Source of the DNA: Pirellulales bacterium
GTDB lineage: Bacteria; Planctomycetota; Planctomycetia; Pirellulales; JADZDJ01
Assembly (NCBI GenBank): GCA_035656635.1
Contig: DASRSD010000152.1
Coordinates: 9,357-73,356 of the forward strand
Direction of reading: 5' to 3'
Length of the DNA stretch: 64,000 nt
Position numbers and translations under genes: made by a program. Under the pieces are notes generated by a model that saw only the letters and a list, made by a program, of their open reading frames with translations, was not told where the DNA came from and made no database searches. This document shows, one piece after another, positions 54,081 through 62,474 of this stretch; within the stretch, counting starts at the first letter, position 1; the number at the start of each line of letters is the position of its first letter.

Positions 54081-55610
54081 ATGGCCACTGCCGAAGCAAA
54101 AAAACCCACCACACAAATCCCCGACGTCAAACTCCTCATCGGCGGCCAATGGCGTTCGTCCAAAGCCAGCCGTTGGGGTGAAGTGTTCAATCCCTCGCGC
54201 GGCAAAGTCATCGCCAAGGTGCCGCTGTGCGGGGCTGACGAAATTGATGCCGCCGTGCAGGCCGCCGCCGCCGCTCTGCCCAAATGGGCCGAAACGCCGG
54301 TCGTCGATCGCACCAAGGTCATGTTCCGCATGCGCGAACTCATGGTCAAGCACTTCGACGAGCTCGCTGCCTTGGTCACTCGCGAGCATGGCAAAACCGC
54401 CGCCGAAGCCCGGGCCAGCGTGGAGCGCGGCATCGAAATGGTCGAATTCTCCTGCGGCATTCCCAGCCTCATCATGGGCCAGCAGCTCGACAACATCGCC
54501 ACCAATGTCGACAGCGAAACCAGCCGCCACCCGGTCGGCGTTTGCGTCGGCATCACGCCGTTCAACTTCCCAAGCATGGTTCCGCTGTGGATGTTCCCGG
54601 TGGCCATCACCTGCGGCAACACGTTTGTTTTGAAGCCATCGGAAAAGGTGCCGCTCAGTGGAGTGCGCCTGGGCGAATTGTTGATGGAAGCCGGCCTGCC
54701 CGCGGGTGTGTTCAACATTGTTCATGGCGATAAAGAATGTGTCGACGCGCTGTGCACGCATCCTTTGGTCCGTGCCATTTCCTTCGTCGGCTCCACGGCG
54801 GTCGCCAAGCACGTGTACGAAACCGGAACCAAGCATGGCAAGCGCGTGCAGGCAGCCGGCGGCGCGAAAAACCATCTCATCATTATGCCCGATGCCGATT
54901 TGGGTCAGGCCGTCAAAGCCATTCAAGCTTCCGCTTTCGGCTGCGCCGGCGAACGCTGCATGGCCGGCAGTTTGGCCGTGCCCATTGGAGGCATTGCCGA
55001 TTCGCTGGTGGAAGGTCTCGTGAAAGTCGGCCAGGAGATGAAAGTTGGCCCCACCGACAGCGATGCCACGGTCGATATGGGCCCCGTCATCTCGCAGCAG
55101 CACCGCGACAAAGTGGCGTCGTATTTAGATGTCGCCGCCAAAGAAGGGGCCAATGTCGCGCTCGATGGCCGCAAGCGCGATCTGCCCGCCGATGGCTTTT
55201 TGCTTGGCCCCAGCGTGGTCGATCAAGTAAAGCCCGGCATGCGGCTGGCCAAGGAAGAAATTTTCGGCCCGGTCCTCTCCGTCATGCGGGCGAAAAACTT
55301 GGACGATGCCCTGGCCATGGGCCGCGACTGCGAATACGGCAACGGGGCCTGCATTTTCACCAGCTCCGGCCACGCCGCCCGCGAGTTCAAGCGCCACTTC
55401 AACGCCGGCATGATCGGCATCAACGTGGGCGTGCCCGCCCCAATGGCTTGGTTCCCCTTCACCGGCTGGAACAAATCGTTCTTCGGCGATTTGCACATCC
55501 AGGGGACCGAAAGCATCGCCTTCTACACCCAGCAAAAAATGACCCTCACCCGCTGGTTCAAATCCGCTAGCGAAGACACCGCCGACCCGGTGTGGAAGAT
55601 GAAGCGGTGA
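54081..55610 (+). CDS. mmsA: CoA-acylating methylmalonate/malonate-semialdehyde dehydrogenase
   Basis: It has ITPFNFP, FVLKPSE and GERCMA (the catalytic Cys), the length is about 500 aa, and the MmsA-type N terminus is present (KLLIGGQW..S....W.EVFNP). Confidence 0.9.
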   Translation: MATAEAKKPTTQIPDVKLLIGGQWRSSKASRWGEVFNPSRGKVIAKVPLCGADEIDAAVQAAAAALPKWAETPVVDRTKVMFRMRELMVKHFDELAALVTREHGKTAAEARASVERGIEMVEFSCGIPSLIMGQQLDNIATNVDSETSRHPVGVCVGITPFNFPSMVPLWMFPVAITCGNTFVLKPSEKVPLSGVRLGELLMEAGLPAGVFNIVHGDKECVDALCTHPLVRAISFVGSTAVAKHVYETGTKHGKRVQAAGGAKNHLIIMPDADLGQAVKAIQASAFGCAGERCMAGSLAVPIGGIADSLVEGLVKVGQEMKVGPTDSDATVDMGPVISQQHRDKVASYLDVAAKEGANVALDGRKRDLPADGFLLGPSVVDQVKPGMRLAKEEIFGPVLSVMRAKNLDDALAMGRDCEYGNGACIFTSSGHAAREFKRHFNAGMIGINVGVPAPMAWFPFTGWNKSFFGDLHIQGTESIAFYTQQKMTLTRWFKSASEDTADPVWKMKR

Positions 55611-55674
55611 GGGTTTTTCGGTGGCTTCGAAGCTTTCAAAGAGTTAATGGTTTCGAAAATGAGGATTTACCGTG

Positions 55675-56028
55675 ATGCAAAAATACTGCACTAAACAGTA
55701 CGTCGCTGAATCGACAACCGATGGCGTGGAAGTCATTATCCATCACAGTAGTCTTCCAGACGACACCACCATGCTGCCGTCGTTTCCAGGAGGATTTGAA
55801 TGGGGCTATGAAGGAGCCGGACCACGAAGTCTTGCATACGCAATTCTGGCGGAAGCAGTGGCGTCAAGGTTCTGCGAAGAGTTTATGAGAGACGTGATAT
55901 CCAAAAAATCACTAATTGCGAACCAAGAACCTGCAGTGGTCTTTCACGAAGCCGATGTACTCAGTTGGCTTAAGAACGAACTCAATAGGCGCAACTGGAC
56001 GCGGAGCGACGTCAAAACATCCGAGTAG
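55675..56028 (+). CDS. hypothetical protein (117 aa)
   Basis: Clean ORF. The motif GGFEWGYEGAGPRSLAYAILAE recalls a family of unknown function, which I remember as possibly DUF6166. Confidence 0.5.
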   Translation: MQKYCTKQYVAESTTDGVEVIIHHSSLPDDTTMLPSFPGGFEWGYEGAGPRSLAYAILAEAVASRFCEEFMRDVISKKSLIANQEPAVVFHEADVLSWLKNELNRRNWTRSDVKTSE

Positions 56029-56199
56029 AACACGCACCCCCGTGCGTGACACAGGCCCGGAGGGACGATTGCCAATCGACCCCGATCGTCACGGGTGGCA
56101 CGCCCTGAGTGCCGCCGAAGGGCTTGGTTTGTGCAACCTTGCGCGGCCCATCACGCTCGTCCCCGACTTCGGGCGCGCCACCCTTGCCGAAAATTTCGA

Positions 56200-56228
56200 T
56201 TGGTGCGAATCAATTCATCATCTATAAT
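56200..56228 (+). promoter_or_regulatory. sigma70-like promoter giving a leaderless antitoxin mRNA
   Basis: TTGGTG (56200-56205), a 17-nt spacer and TATAAT (56223-56228), with the ATG 6 nt downstream at 56235. Confidence 0.55.
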
Positions 56229-56234
56229 TGTCGT

Positions 56235-56423
56235 ATGAGCACTGCTGAATTACGTCGCGCAATCAAGCAACTGGTCGACAAATTGCCGCCGGATCGGCTG
56301 GAATCATTGGCCGGATTTATTGATACGCTCAACCGGCCGCTTACCCGGCGGATCAAACAAGCGGAACGCTCCATCGCCAAAGGCAAGGGTGCCAACTGGC
56401 GTAAGGTCCGCAAGGATGTTTGA
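56235..56423 (+). CDS. antitoxin partner of the RelE/ParE toxin (62 aa)
   Basis: MSTAELRRAIKQLVDKLPPDRLESLAGFIDTL... overlaps the downstream toxin start by 8 nt. Confidence 0.65.
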   Translation: MSTAELRRAIKQLVDKLPPDRLESLAGFIDTLNRPLTRRIKQAERSIAKGKGANWRKVRKDV

Positions 56424-56676
56424 AGTTATCCTTTCGCCAGAGGCGATGGCGTTCTATGCCTCGGTCGACCGGCCCTTGGCGAAGAAATTGGCCCGCTGTT
56501 TTGCTCAACTGGAGCGCGAGCCGCGCCGCCACAATAATATCAAGCGGTTAACGGGAAAGTTTGCCGGCTACATGCGCTATCGCATCGGCGATTGGCGGGT
56601 TATCTATCGCACCGACGATATCGCCAACCGTGTCCTAGTCCTGACCATTGCCCATCGTCGTGAAGTTTATGAATAG
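56416..56676 (+). CDS. RelE/ParE-family toxin
   Basis: MFEVILSPEAMAFYASVDRPLAKKLARCFAQLEREP....IKRLTGKFAGYMRYRIGDWRVIYRTDD..NRVLVLTIAHRREVY follows the canonical RelE/StbE pattern. Confidence 0.85.
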   Translation: MFEVILSPEAMAFYASVDRPLAKKLARCFAQLEREPRRHNNIKRLTGKFAGYMRYRIGDWRVIYRTDDIANRVLVLTIAHRREVYE

Positions 56677-56764
56677 CCTAACCCGTGCGTGACGCGATCA
56701 AAGCTCTGTGTCCCCCCGCGTCCCCTGCGGTTCCATCTCCTTTCGCCGCATAAAAAACTCTCGA

Positions 56765-56793
56765 TTGGTGTGGCTCCAGACATCGTCTATAAT
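56765..56793 (+). promoter_or_regulatory. second copy of the leaderless promoter module
   Basis: TTGGTG (56765-56770), a 17-nt spacer and TATAAT (56788-56793), with the ATG 6 nt downstream at 56800. Confidence 0.55.
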
Positions 56794-56799
56794 TGCTGC

Positions 56800-56973
56800 A
56801 TGAGCACCGCGACCTTCACCGCCGTTTTCACCGCCGCGCCCGAAGGCGGCTTTGTGGCCTTCAACCCAGAAACAGGTACGACCACCCAAGGGGAAACGAT
56901 CGACGAAGCGCTCGTGAATCTGAAAGAGGCAGCGGAGCTCTATCTGGAAGAATTTCCCGCGGCCCGTGTGTGA
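56800..56973 (+). CDS. HicB-like (UPF0150) antitoxin, orphan
   Basis: MSTATFTAVFTAAPEGGFVAFNPETGTTTQGETIDEALVNLKEAAELYLEE matches the HicB N-terminal domain. There is no adjacent hicA. Confidence 0.7.
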   Translation: MSTATFTAVFTAAPEGGFVAFNPETGTTTQGETIDEALVNLKEAAELYLEEFPAARV

Positions 56974-57097
56974 CACGATCAAACCGCTCCCCTACCGGGT
57001 CGCGGCTAAACGCTTTTTCGCCCCCCGTCCCCTGCCTTCTGCTTTCTGCCTTCTGCCTACCGCCCGCCGCCTACCGCCCGCCGCCTGCTGCAACCGC

Positions 57098-57859
57098 TCA
57101 CTCATCGCTGTCGTCGTCGCCGCGGCTGATGGCGCCGGTCGGATTGGAATTGGCTGACGTGGTTTGATATTCCGGCGGCACTTTCGAAAGCGCATCGTCC
57201 GGAGGTTTCGCATACGTGCCGTTGGCGCCGGGAATTTCGACCAGCAAGGTTGTGCAATCCGCCTTCAGCGTATGCTTGGTGTAATCGTTGGTGGCATAAT
57301 AAATTACGCTGGCGGAGCCCGGGGCGGTAATCAACGTTGGATCGCCATTCACCAGCCCCTGCAACACAGGATGATCTTGCGTGAACCAAATGTAACGCGT
57401 GGTCGGCTTCCAAATATTCTGTTTCCACAAATACGCTTTGGCTCCCTTCACCGGCCGGAACTTGGAAAGGTAACTGCCGAAGTTGTCGGGCGCTAATTTG
57501 GTGAGGAGCTTTCCCGGCGACAGCACCTCGTTGATGGGGAAAAACGCTTTCCACTTGGAGGCCGGCGTTTCCAACACCACGTACGAAACAAACACGGGCC
57601 GATCGCCGGTGTTCAAAACGCATACTTCGCTGTTGCTGTCGGCGGCGACTAATCGGACTTGCACCGCCCCAAAATGGCTCGTGAAAAACTCGTGCCACTG
57701 ATCGAACGTGAACAGCAAGATAGAGGCAAACACGGTCAAGATGGCCGCCAGGCCCGTCAGGTACGGCAGCGAATTCATGAACCGGTGCTGGTTGTTTTTG
57801 CAAACCTGGCAAACGGTGGCGCCGTCGGGAATTTCGCTTTGGCAAAGCCGGCATTTCAT
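57098..57859 (-). CDS. zinc-ribbon, single-TM protein with a C-terminal domain of unknown function
   Basis: Started at MKCRLCQSEIPDGATVCQVCKNN, a CxxC...CxxC ribbon. A TM segment (LTGLAAILTVFASILLFTF) follows, and the tail is acidic. Confidence 0.6.
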   Translation of the reverse strand: MKCRLCQSEIPDGATVCQVCKNNQHRFMNSLPYLTGLAAILTVFASILLFTFDQWHEFFTSHFGAVQVRLVAADSNSEVCVLNTGDRPVFVSYVVLETPASKWKAFFPINEVLSPGKLLTKLAPDNFGSYLSKFRPVKGAKAYLWKQNIWKPTTRYIWFTQDHPVLQGLVNGDPTLITAPGSASVIYYATNDYTKHTLKADCTTLLVEIPGANGTYAKPPDDALSKVPPEYQTTSANSNPTGAISRGDDDSDE

Positions 57860-58219
57860 AACAGGGCTGGGAGTTGGCATCTGAAGAAACCGCGAACCGC
57901 AGGGTGATGAGTCGCGCAGCTTGCGAACCGCTGGCCGATAAAAACAGCGCCTGGAATCGCAGCCCACGCTTGTACGCCAGAATACTTGCCCGAGGCCAAC
58001 GATTCAATCGTGGGGTAGTGGAACAGTTGCAAATAGCCCGACTGTGCCAGTCGGGGAATTCGGCCATTGGTGCTTGGTCATTCGTCATTGGCCATGCTGG
58101 GCGCTCGGCGGCCCTCGACCCCAGCCACCCACCGCGGATTTTAAGGCCTCCAAATATGCTAGGCTTTAACCGGGCGTTCAAGTTCTACTTTCTTCACTCG
58201 AAATGGTCGAGGTGCCATC

Positions 58220-58663
58220 ATGGGCGGCGAACCGTATTGGTATTTTGTGAAATACAAGCCCGATTTGGACAGCGTGCTGCAAGAGCTGCGCGATCGCGAA
58301 TTTCAGGCGGGCCGGTATAATCCCGCGACACCATCTTTGAGCTTCCCGGTTGATCCCAACAGGCCGGGCCCGGGCGCGCAGCACGATTCCATCGAAGAAG
58401 CAATGGAAGATGCCGACGCCGACGGCACTCGTAGCATCCTCGATATTCAAACCATTGGCGACGAGCCCAACTTCTTCGTGGCGGCTCCGTTGGAAGAGGC
58501 CGAACTGCAAGCCCTGTACGGCACCACGCAGCCCACGCGCAAAATGCTGGAAGACAACATGGATTTCCTGGAAGACATTGATCGCGGCCACTGCAAATAT
58601 GCGCTGGCCTACAAGGACGGCAGGCCCGACGAAGTAATGTTCGCCGGTTATTCGTTTGATTAA
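58220..58663 (+). CDS. hypothetical protein (147 aa)
   Basis: Clean ORF (MGGEPYWYFVKYKPDLDSVLQELRDREFQAGRY...). I recognise no family. Confidence 0.55.
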   Translation: MGGEPYWYFVKYKPDLDSVLQELRDREFQAGRYNPATPSLSFPVDPNRPGPGAQHDSIEEAMEDADADGTRSILDIQTIGDEPNFFVAAPLEEAELQALYGTTQPTRKMLEDNMDFLEDIDRGHCKYALAYKDGRPDEVMFAGYSFD

Positions 58664-58740
58664 GGCTATTCGTTCGATCGATTAAGGTTAGTCATTCGAT
58701 TAAGGGGTTATTCGTTCGATTAGCCGATCACACGGCCAGC

Positions 58741-58783
58741 GTTCTCCCCTCTCCCCTTGCGGGAGAGGGCCGGGGTGAGGGGT
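58741..58783 (+). repeat. about 42-nt G/C-rich hairpin repeat, copy 1
   Basis: ttctcccctctccccttgcgggagagggccggggtgaggggt contains a ctctccc-cttgc-ggggagag-type stem. It is near-identical to 60493-60534. Confidence 0.8.
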
Positions 58784-59009
58784 GTCCGTCCGACTCGCCC
58801 GGGTGCCACTGCTGGATTGCCCGTGAATGTGGAATCGATTTCTGTATAGCCTTGATCTACCCCTGGGCCCATCTATAGCTTCCGACTGCAAGCCAATGTC
58901 AGCTTGCGGCATCGGCTACCAAGAATCTCTTTCGTACTTCCCACTGCTGAACAAGTAGTGGCACCGGCGAAAACGCATGACTTGTGATATAATCGCCGTG
59001 GAGGCACTT

Positions 59010-59252
59010 ATGAACGATTATGATTCCATCCTGGCGGCGGCGTCTAGCATGCCCATCGCCGATCAGCTCCGGCTCATCGATGAATTGGCCGCTAGCGTGC
59101 CGGACGATCAGCCTCCCACGCTCTCTAAACAATGGCTGGCGGAAATCGAACGCCGCTCGGCCGAAATCGATTCCGGCACGGTCACTACGCAACCCTGGCC
59201 CGAAGTCCGCCAACAGCTTTTCTCGCAAGTGGGCTTGAAACGTGCGGATTGA
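59010..59252 (+). CDS. addiction-module antitoxin (putative addiction module component type)
   Basis: MNDYDSILAAASSMPIADQLRLIDELAASVPDD...WLAEIERRSAEIDSG fits this family's pattern. A TATAAT at 58987-58992 and a GGAGG Shine-Dalgarno sequence lie upstream. Confidence 0.7.
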   Translation: MNDYDSILAAASSMPIADQLRLIDELAASVPDDQPPTLSKQWLAEIERRSAEIDSGTVTTQPWPEVRQQLFSQVGLKRAD

Positions 59253-59534
59253 TTTTCATCCGGCGGCCACCGAAGAATTGTTAAGCTCAGCCGCGTGGTA
59301 TCAAGAGCGCAGCGAAATCGCCGCCCAGCGGTTCGCGCAATGGTGGTGAACGAAGCGATCTCTAAAATTGCCGCCGCCCCGGAACGTTTCGCGATGGTCG
59401 ATAAACGCCACCGAGCGTGCAGCTTGGTTGGCTTCCCATTTCAAGCTGTCTTTCGGCACGACCACGATCGGATTTGTATAGTGGCCATCGCCCACGCCAA
59501 GCGCCGGCCCGGTTATTGGCGAACCCGCAAATAA
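59242..59534 (+). pseudogene. ParE/RelE-family toxin with one frameshift
   Basis: From the GTG at 59242 the frame reads VRIDFHPAATEELLSSAAWYQERSEIAAQRFAQWW* with a stop at 59347. The remainder (..VVNEAISKIAAAPERFAMVDKRHRACSLVGFPFQAVFRHDHDRICIVAIAHAKRRPGYW) continues in another frame. Confidence 0.7.
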
Positions 59535-59624
59535 AGGTTACGCTAAGAAAATCCGCCAGCGAAAACGACGAAGCGGAGTTGAGTTGAACTAGTAATCAGT
59601 CGTAAATCACCGCCAAATACGGCC

Positions 59625-60422
59625 ATGAAGATTTTCATTAGCTCTACGGTGTACGACCTTATTGATATCCGTGCAGAGATATCTGCACTTTTTGAATTGT
59701 TCGGCATTGCTTCAATTCTTTCAGACGACAAGCTCTCGGATTTCCAAGTTCGACCTGATAGAAACTCTATTGAAACCTGTCTGGTCAATGTCGAGAAAAG
59801 CGACGATGTGATCGTGATACTAGATCAACGACATGGACTTCGGCTTGCTCAGTTTTTTAAAGGAACACAGCTCACTTCGTGGAAAAAATCGGCATTCTAA
59901 CTGGTATCACACTTATCACACTTTTACTAGCTCAGCCGATTTAAAAGCTTCATTGAGACGGCAATTTGAACCAACAGTTACTCGCGACCGTTTGATTGCA
60001 GCAATATCAGAAAACCGATTTCCGCTTTTTACGGTTAGCGTGGATGTTGAGCCAATTACGATTGGACATCGTCAGTCAATGAACATTCGAGCACTTGTAA
60101 AAAACATCGGCTGCGCAGCAGCGTTCAATTTTATTGTTCATTGGAAGGAAACCGAAAAAAACAATCGAATTCAAACATTTTCGCTCCCGGTCAGGAAATT
60201 CCCATGACGCTTGTGTATCCTCTGCAAGAAACTCGCGGAAATGTTGCGACCGAGCTGATATTGAACTATGAAAGCTCGATGGGTATCGCGGTTACCGATA
60301 TATTTGAGGTCGGTGCGAATTATATTGGTGGACTGCGACCGTCTGGAATGTCTGGAGCGCGTCTGATAAATCGGAATTTCAAGAGGTCCACCAACATTTT
60401 ATTGAACCTCGACGAGTTGTGA
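59625..60422 (+). pseudogene. DUF4062-like N-terminal domain gene, apparently broken by two frameshifts
   Basis: MKIFISSTVYDLIDIRAEISALFELFGIASILSDDKLSDF...IETCLVNVEKSDDVIVILDQRHG follows the DUF4062 pattern. The reading frame then switches near 59830-59900 and again near 60140-60207. The region is AT-rich. Confidence 0.55.
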
Positions 60423-60492
60423 GAATCCTCTTCCACTAATGCAGCCAAATGGATCACGCACAGTTGTTTACATCAGGCAACGTCGCGATCGA

Positions 60493-60534
60493 ATTCTCCC
60501 TCTCCCCTTGCGGGAGAGGGCCGGGGTGAGGGGT
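60493..60534 (+). repeat. about 42-nt G/C-rich hairpin repeat, copy 2
   Basis: attctccctctccccttgcgggagagggccggggtgaggggt is in the same orientation as copy 1. Confidence 0.8.
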
Positions 60535-60648
60535 AGCACACTCAGAGCGGTAACCCGTTACATCGCGGGCCGGATGGTGGGTCAAGTGGCACTCCTGGCT
60601 TGCCAGCCATCGGCATCGGCTTGTCGGCAAACCCAACGGTTTTGGTTT

Positions 60649-61560
60649 TTACCGGAAAGCAGGAGCGATGGTCGTGGAAGGATTCAGTGGCGCAGGCGCT
60701 GGAACTTGCTCAATGACGTTGGGAACCAGCATCAGTTCGGCGCGCTGTCGCGATAAATTTTCGATTTCCAACTTCCGAATCTGGTTTTGCAGTTCGACCA
60801 GGACCTGTTTCTGAACTTCCGGCTTGAGTGTTTCAAAACTATCTAACTGTTGCCGCAAAGCTGGCGAAATCGCAGCTTCAGCGGCTTTGCGTAACGGTTT
60901 CGGAGGTGCCACCAATTCTGTTGCAGAGGGCGTCTGCCCATTTAGGGCAATCGCCAGGATAGTAAGCGTGAGTCGTGAAAAACTATCCTCACCGCCTGGC
61001 AGAACCCAAACGTATTTATCGCAGTGCGAGCCGACAAACTTGGCGCACTTGGGAACGTCGCACTTTCTGCCCACGGAAAACCAGCCCGGCCGCGGAATGA
61101 GCGACTCGCTGCAATCGATGCAGAAATCATCGTGCAAGAACTTGCAACATGCCGCTTGAGTAGGATCGCCGAGTTGACGCACCCCGACGGCATATTGGTA
61201 CACGACGCGCATCGCATCCAGCCGCGCACCGCCGCAAATAGGATCCAGCTTCCAGTTGCCATTCCAATGGCGCACCGCCGAGGGCGTAAACACTTCGGAC
61301 ATCAGCGTAAACGGATTCCACAGCAAATTTACGGTCGCCGTGGCCGTGCTGTCGACCACCAACGTCCCTTGCTCGACTTCCGAAAACGAGGGCAGCGCCA
61401 TTGGATCGGATTCAAACATCGCCAAATTATCGAGCACTTGCTGATACTGCAAATCGAGCACGCTCGCCGTTTGCTGCATGGTGTTATGCCGCAATTGCAA
61501 ATTGCCGCAGCCGGCCGGCAATAGGCAAATTGCAATGACGATGGCTGAAAATAGCTTCAT
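60649..61560 (-). CDS. Cys-rich lipoprotein with C-terminal coiled coil, tandem paralog 2
   Basis: It has a lipobox (LLPAGC). LDLQYQQVLDNLAMFESDP...NLLWNPFTLMSEVF...YVWVLPGGEDSFSRLTLTILAIAL is collinear with the upstream paralog. Confidence 0.7.
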   Translation of the reverse strand: MKLFSAIVIAICLLPAGCGNLQLRHNTMQQTASVLDLQYQQVLDNLAMFESDPMALPSFSEVEQGTLVVDSTATATVNLLWNPFTLMSEVFTPSAVRHWNGNWKLDPICGGARLDAMRVVYQYAVGVRQLGDPTQAACCKFLHDDFCIDCSESLIPRPGWFSVGRKCDVPKCAKFVGSHCDKYVWVLPGGEDSFSRLTLTILAIALNGQTPSATELVAPPKPLRKAAEAAISPALRQQLDSFETLKPEVQKQVLVELQNQIRKLEIENLSRQRAELMLVPNVIEQVPAPAPLNPSTTIAPAFR

Positions 61561-62474
61561 GGCAGCAAGTTGCTGTTGAAAGGCCGGAATGCGGGAATCA
61601 TCGAATCCGCGGGATTAATTTGCTGCTCGGAAGTCGACGGCAACAGAAGCACAGAGGGTTGCGATTGGCGTAACTTTTCCAAATCGTTGACATCGTTCCG
61701 CAGCGCGTCAACTTGATCTTGCAGGGTCTTCGCGTTGCTGCCATCAGCCCGTTCCATAGTGCGATTAACCTGTTCCATAGTGCGATCAACGGATTCGTTA
61801 ATCGAGTTGTAGACGTCGGAAGCAAGCGTAACGGAGCCTTTGGTGGCCTTCGGCGTGGCTAAAGCAATATCAAAAATAGTAATCGCGAGACGGGCTAAAC
61901 TATCTTCACCCCCCGGCAATACCCACACATACGTGTCGCAATGATGACCGACATAATGGGCGGCATGCGGGACCTGATGTTTTTTTCCAACGGCGTACCA
62001 TCCCGGCGGAGGAATTAACATTTGATTGCAGGCACATGGCGCCTGCTTATCTTTCAATAAGTCGATGCAGCCTGGGCATTGATTGGTCAGGGGCGCGAAG
62101 CCAGTGGCCTGCTGATAAACGCAGCGCATGGCATTTAATTTGTACGGACTATTCACCGGCTCCAATGTCCAACTGTCGCTCGTTTTGTGCTGCAGCATGG
62201 GCATGAATGCTTCGCTAACGAGCGTAAACGGATTCCAAGTTAAAGGCACGTTTGTCTGTGCCAGGCTGTCGGACTGCGCCACTCCGTTGTTGATGAGCGA
62301 GCAGAATGGCACCGCCGCAGGATTCTCTTGGAACATCGCCAGATTATCCAAAACCTGCTGGTATTGGAGATCGCGCACAATATCCGCCTGATTCAGCGAC
62401 AACCTCTGAATCTGTGCGGTTTGACAACCGCACGATAAGGCAATTAGCGCAGCGATGAATGGCAAATCGCGCAT
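61557..62474 (-). CDS. Cys-rich lipoprotein with C-terminal coiled coil, tandem paralog 1
   Basis: Started at MRDLPFIAALIALSCGC. It has RDLQYQQVLDNLAMFQENP...PLTWNPFTLVSEAF...YVWVLPGGEDSLARLAITIFDIAL. The stop overlaps the next start (61557-61560). Confidence 0.7.
   Translation of the reverse strand: MRDLPFIAALIALSCGCQTAQIQRLSLNQADIVRDLQYQQVLDNLAMFQENPAAVPFCSLINNGVAQSDSLAQTNVPLTWNPFTLVSEAFMPMLQHKTSDSWTLEPVNSPYKLNAMRCVYQQATGFAPLTNQCPGCIDLLKDKQAPCACNQMLIPPPGWYAVGKKHQVPHAAHYVGHHCDTYVWVLPGGEDSLARLAITIFDIALATPKATKGSVTLASDVYNSINESVDRTMEQVNRTMERADGSNAKTLQDQVDALRNDVNDLEKLRQSQPSVLLLPSTSEQQINPADSMIPAFRPFNSNLLP

Noticed and set aside
54072-55610. Several 100-340-aa ORFs overlapping mmsA on both strands (54072..55103 minus, 54737..55570 plus, and others).
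   Set aside because: They are alternative-frame or antisense shadows of a well-supported aldehyde dehydrogenase gene and none has a protein-like composition. The same reasoning applies to the ORFs overlapping the PreA-like gene (42570..43562, 43183..43815), the GH2 gene (19095..20111) and the histidine kinase gene (34794..35714).
57056-57083. A tandem duplication cctaccgcccgccg x2 with nearby ctgccttctg-like repeats.
   Set aside because: It is a short simple-sequence duplication in the spacer between convergent genes. There are only two units and nothing suggests function.
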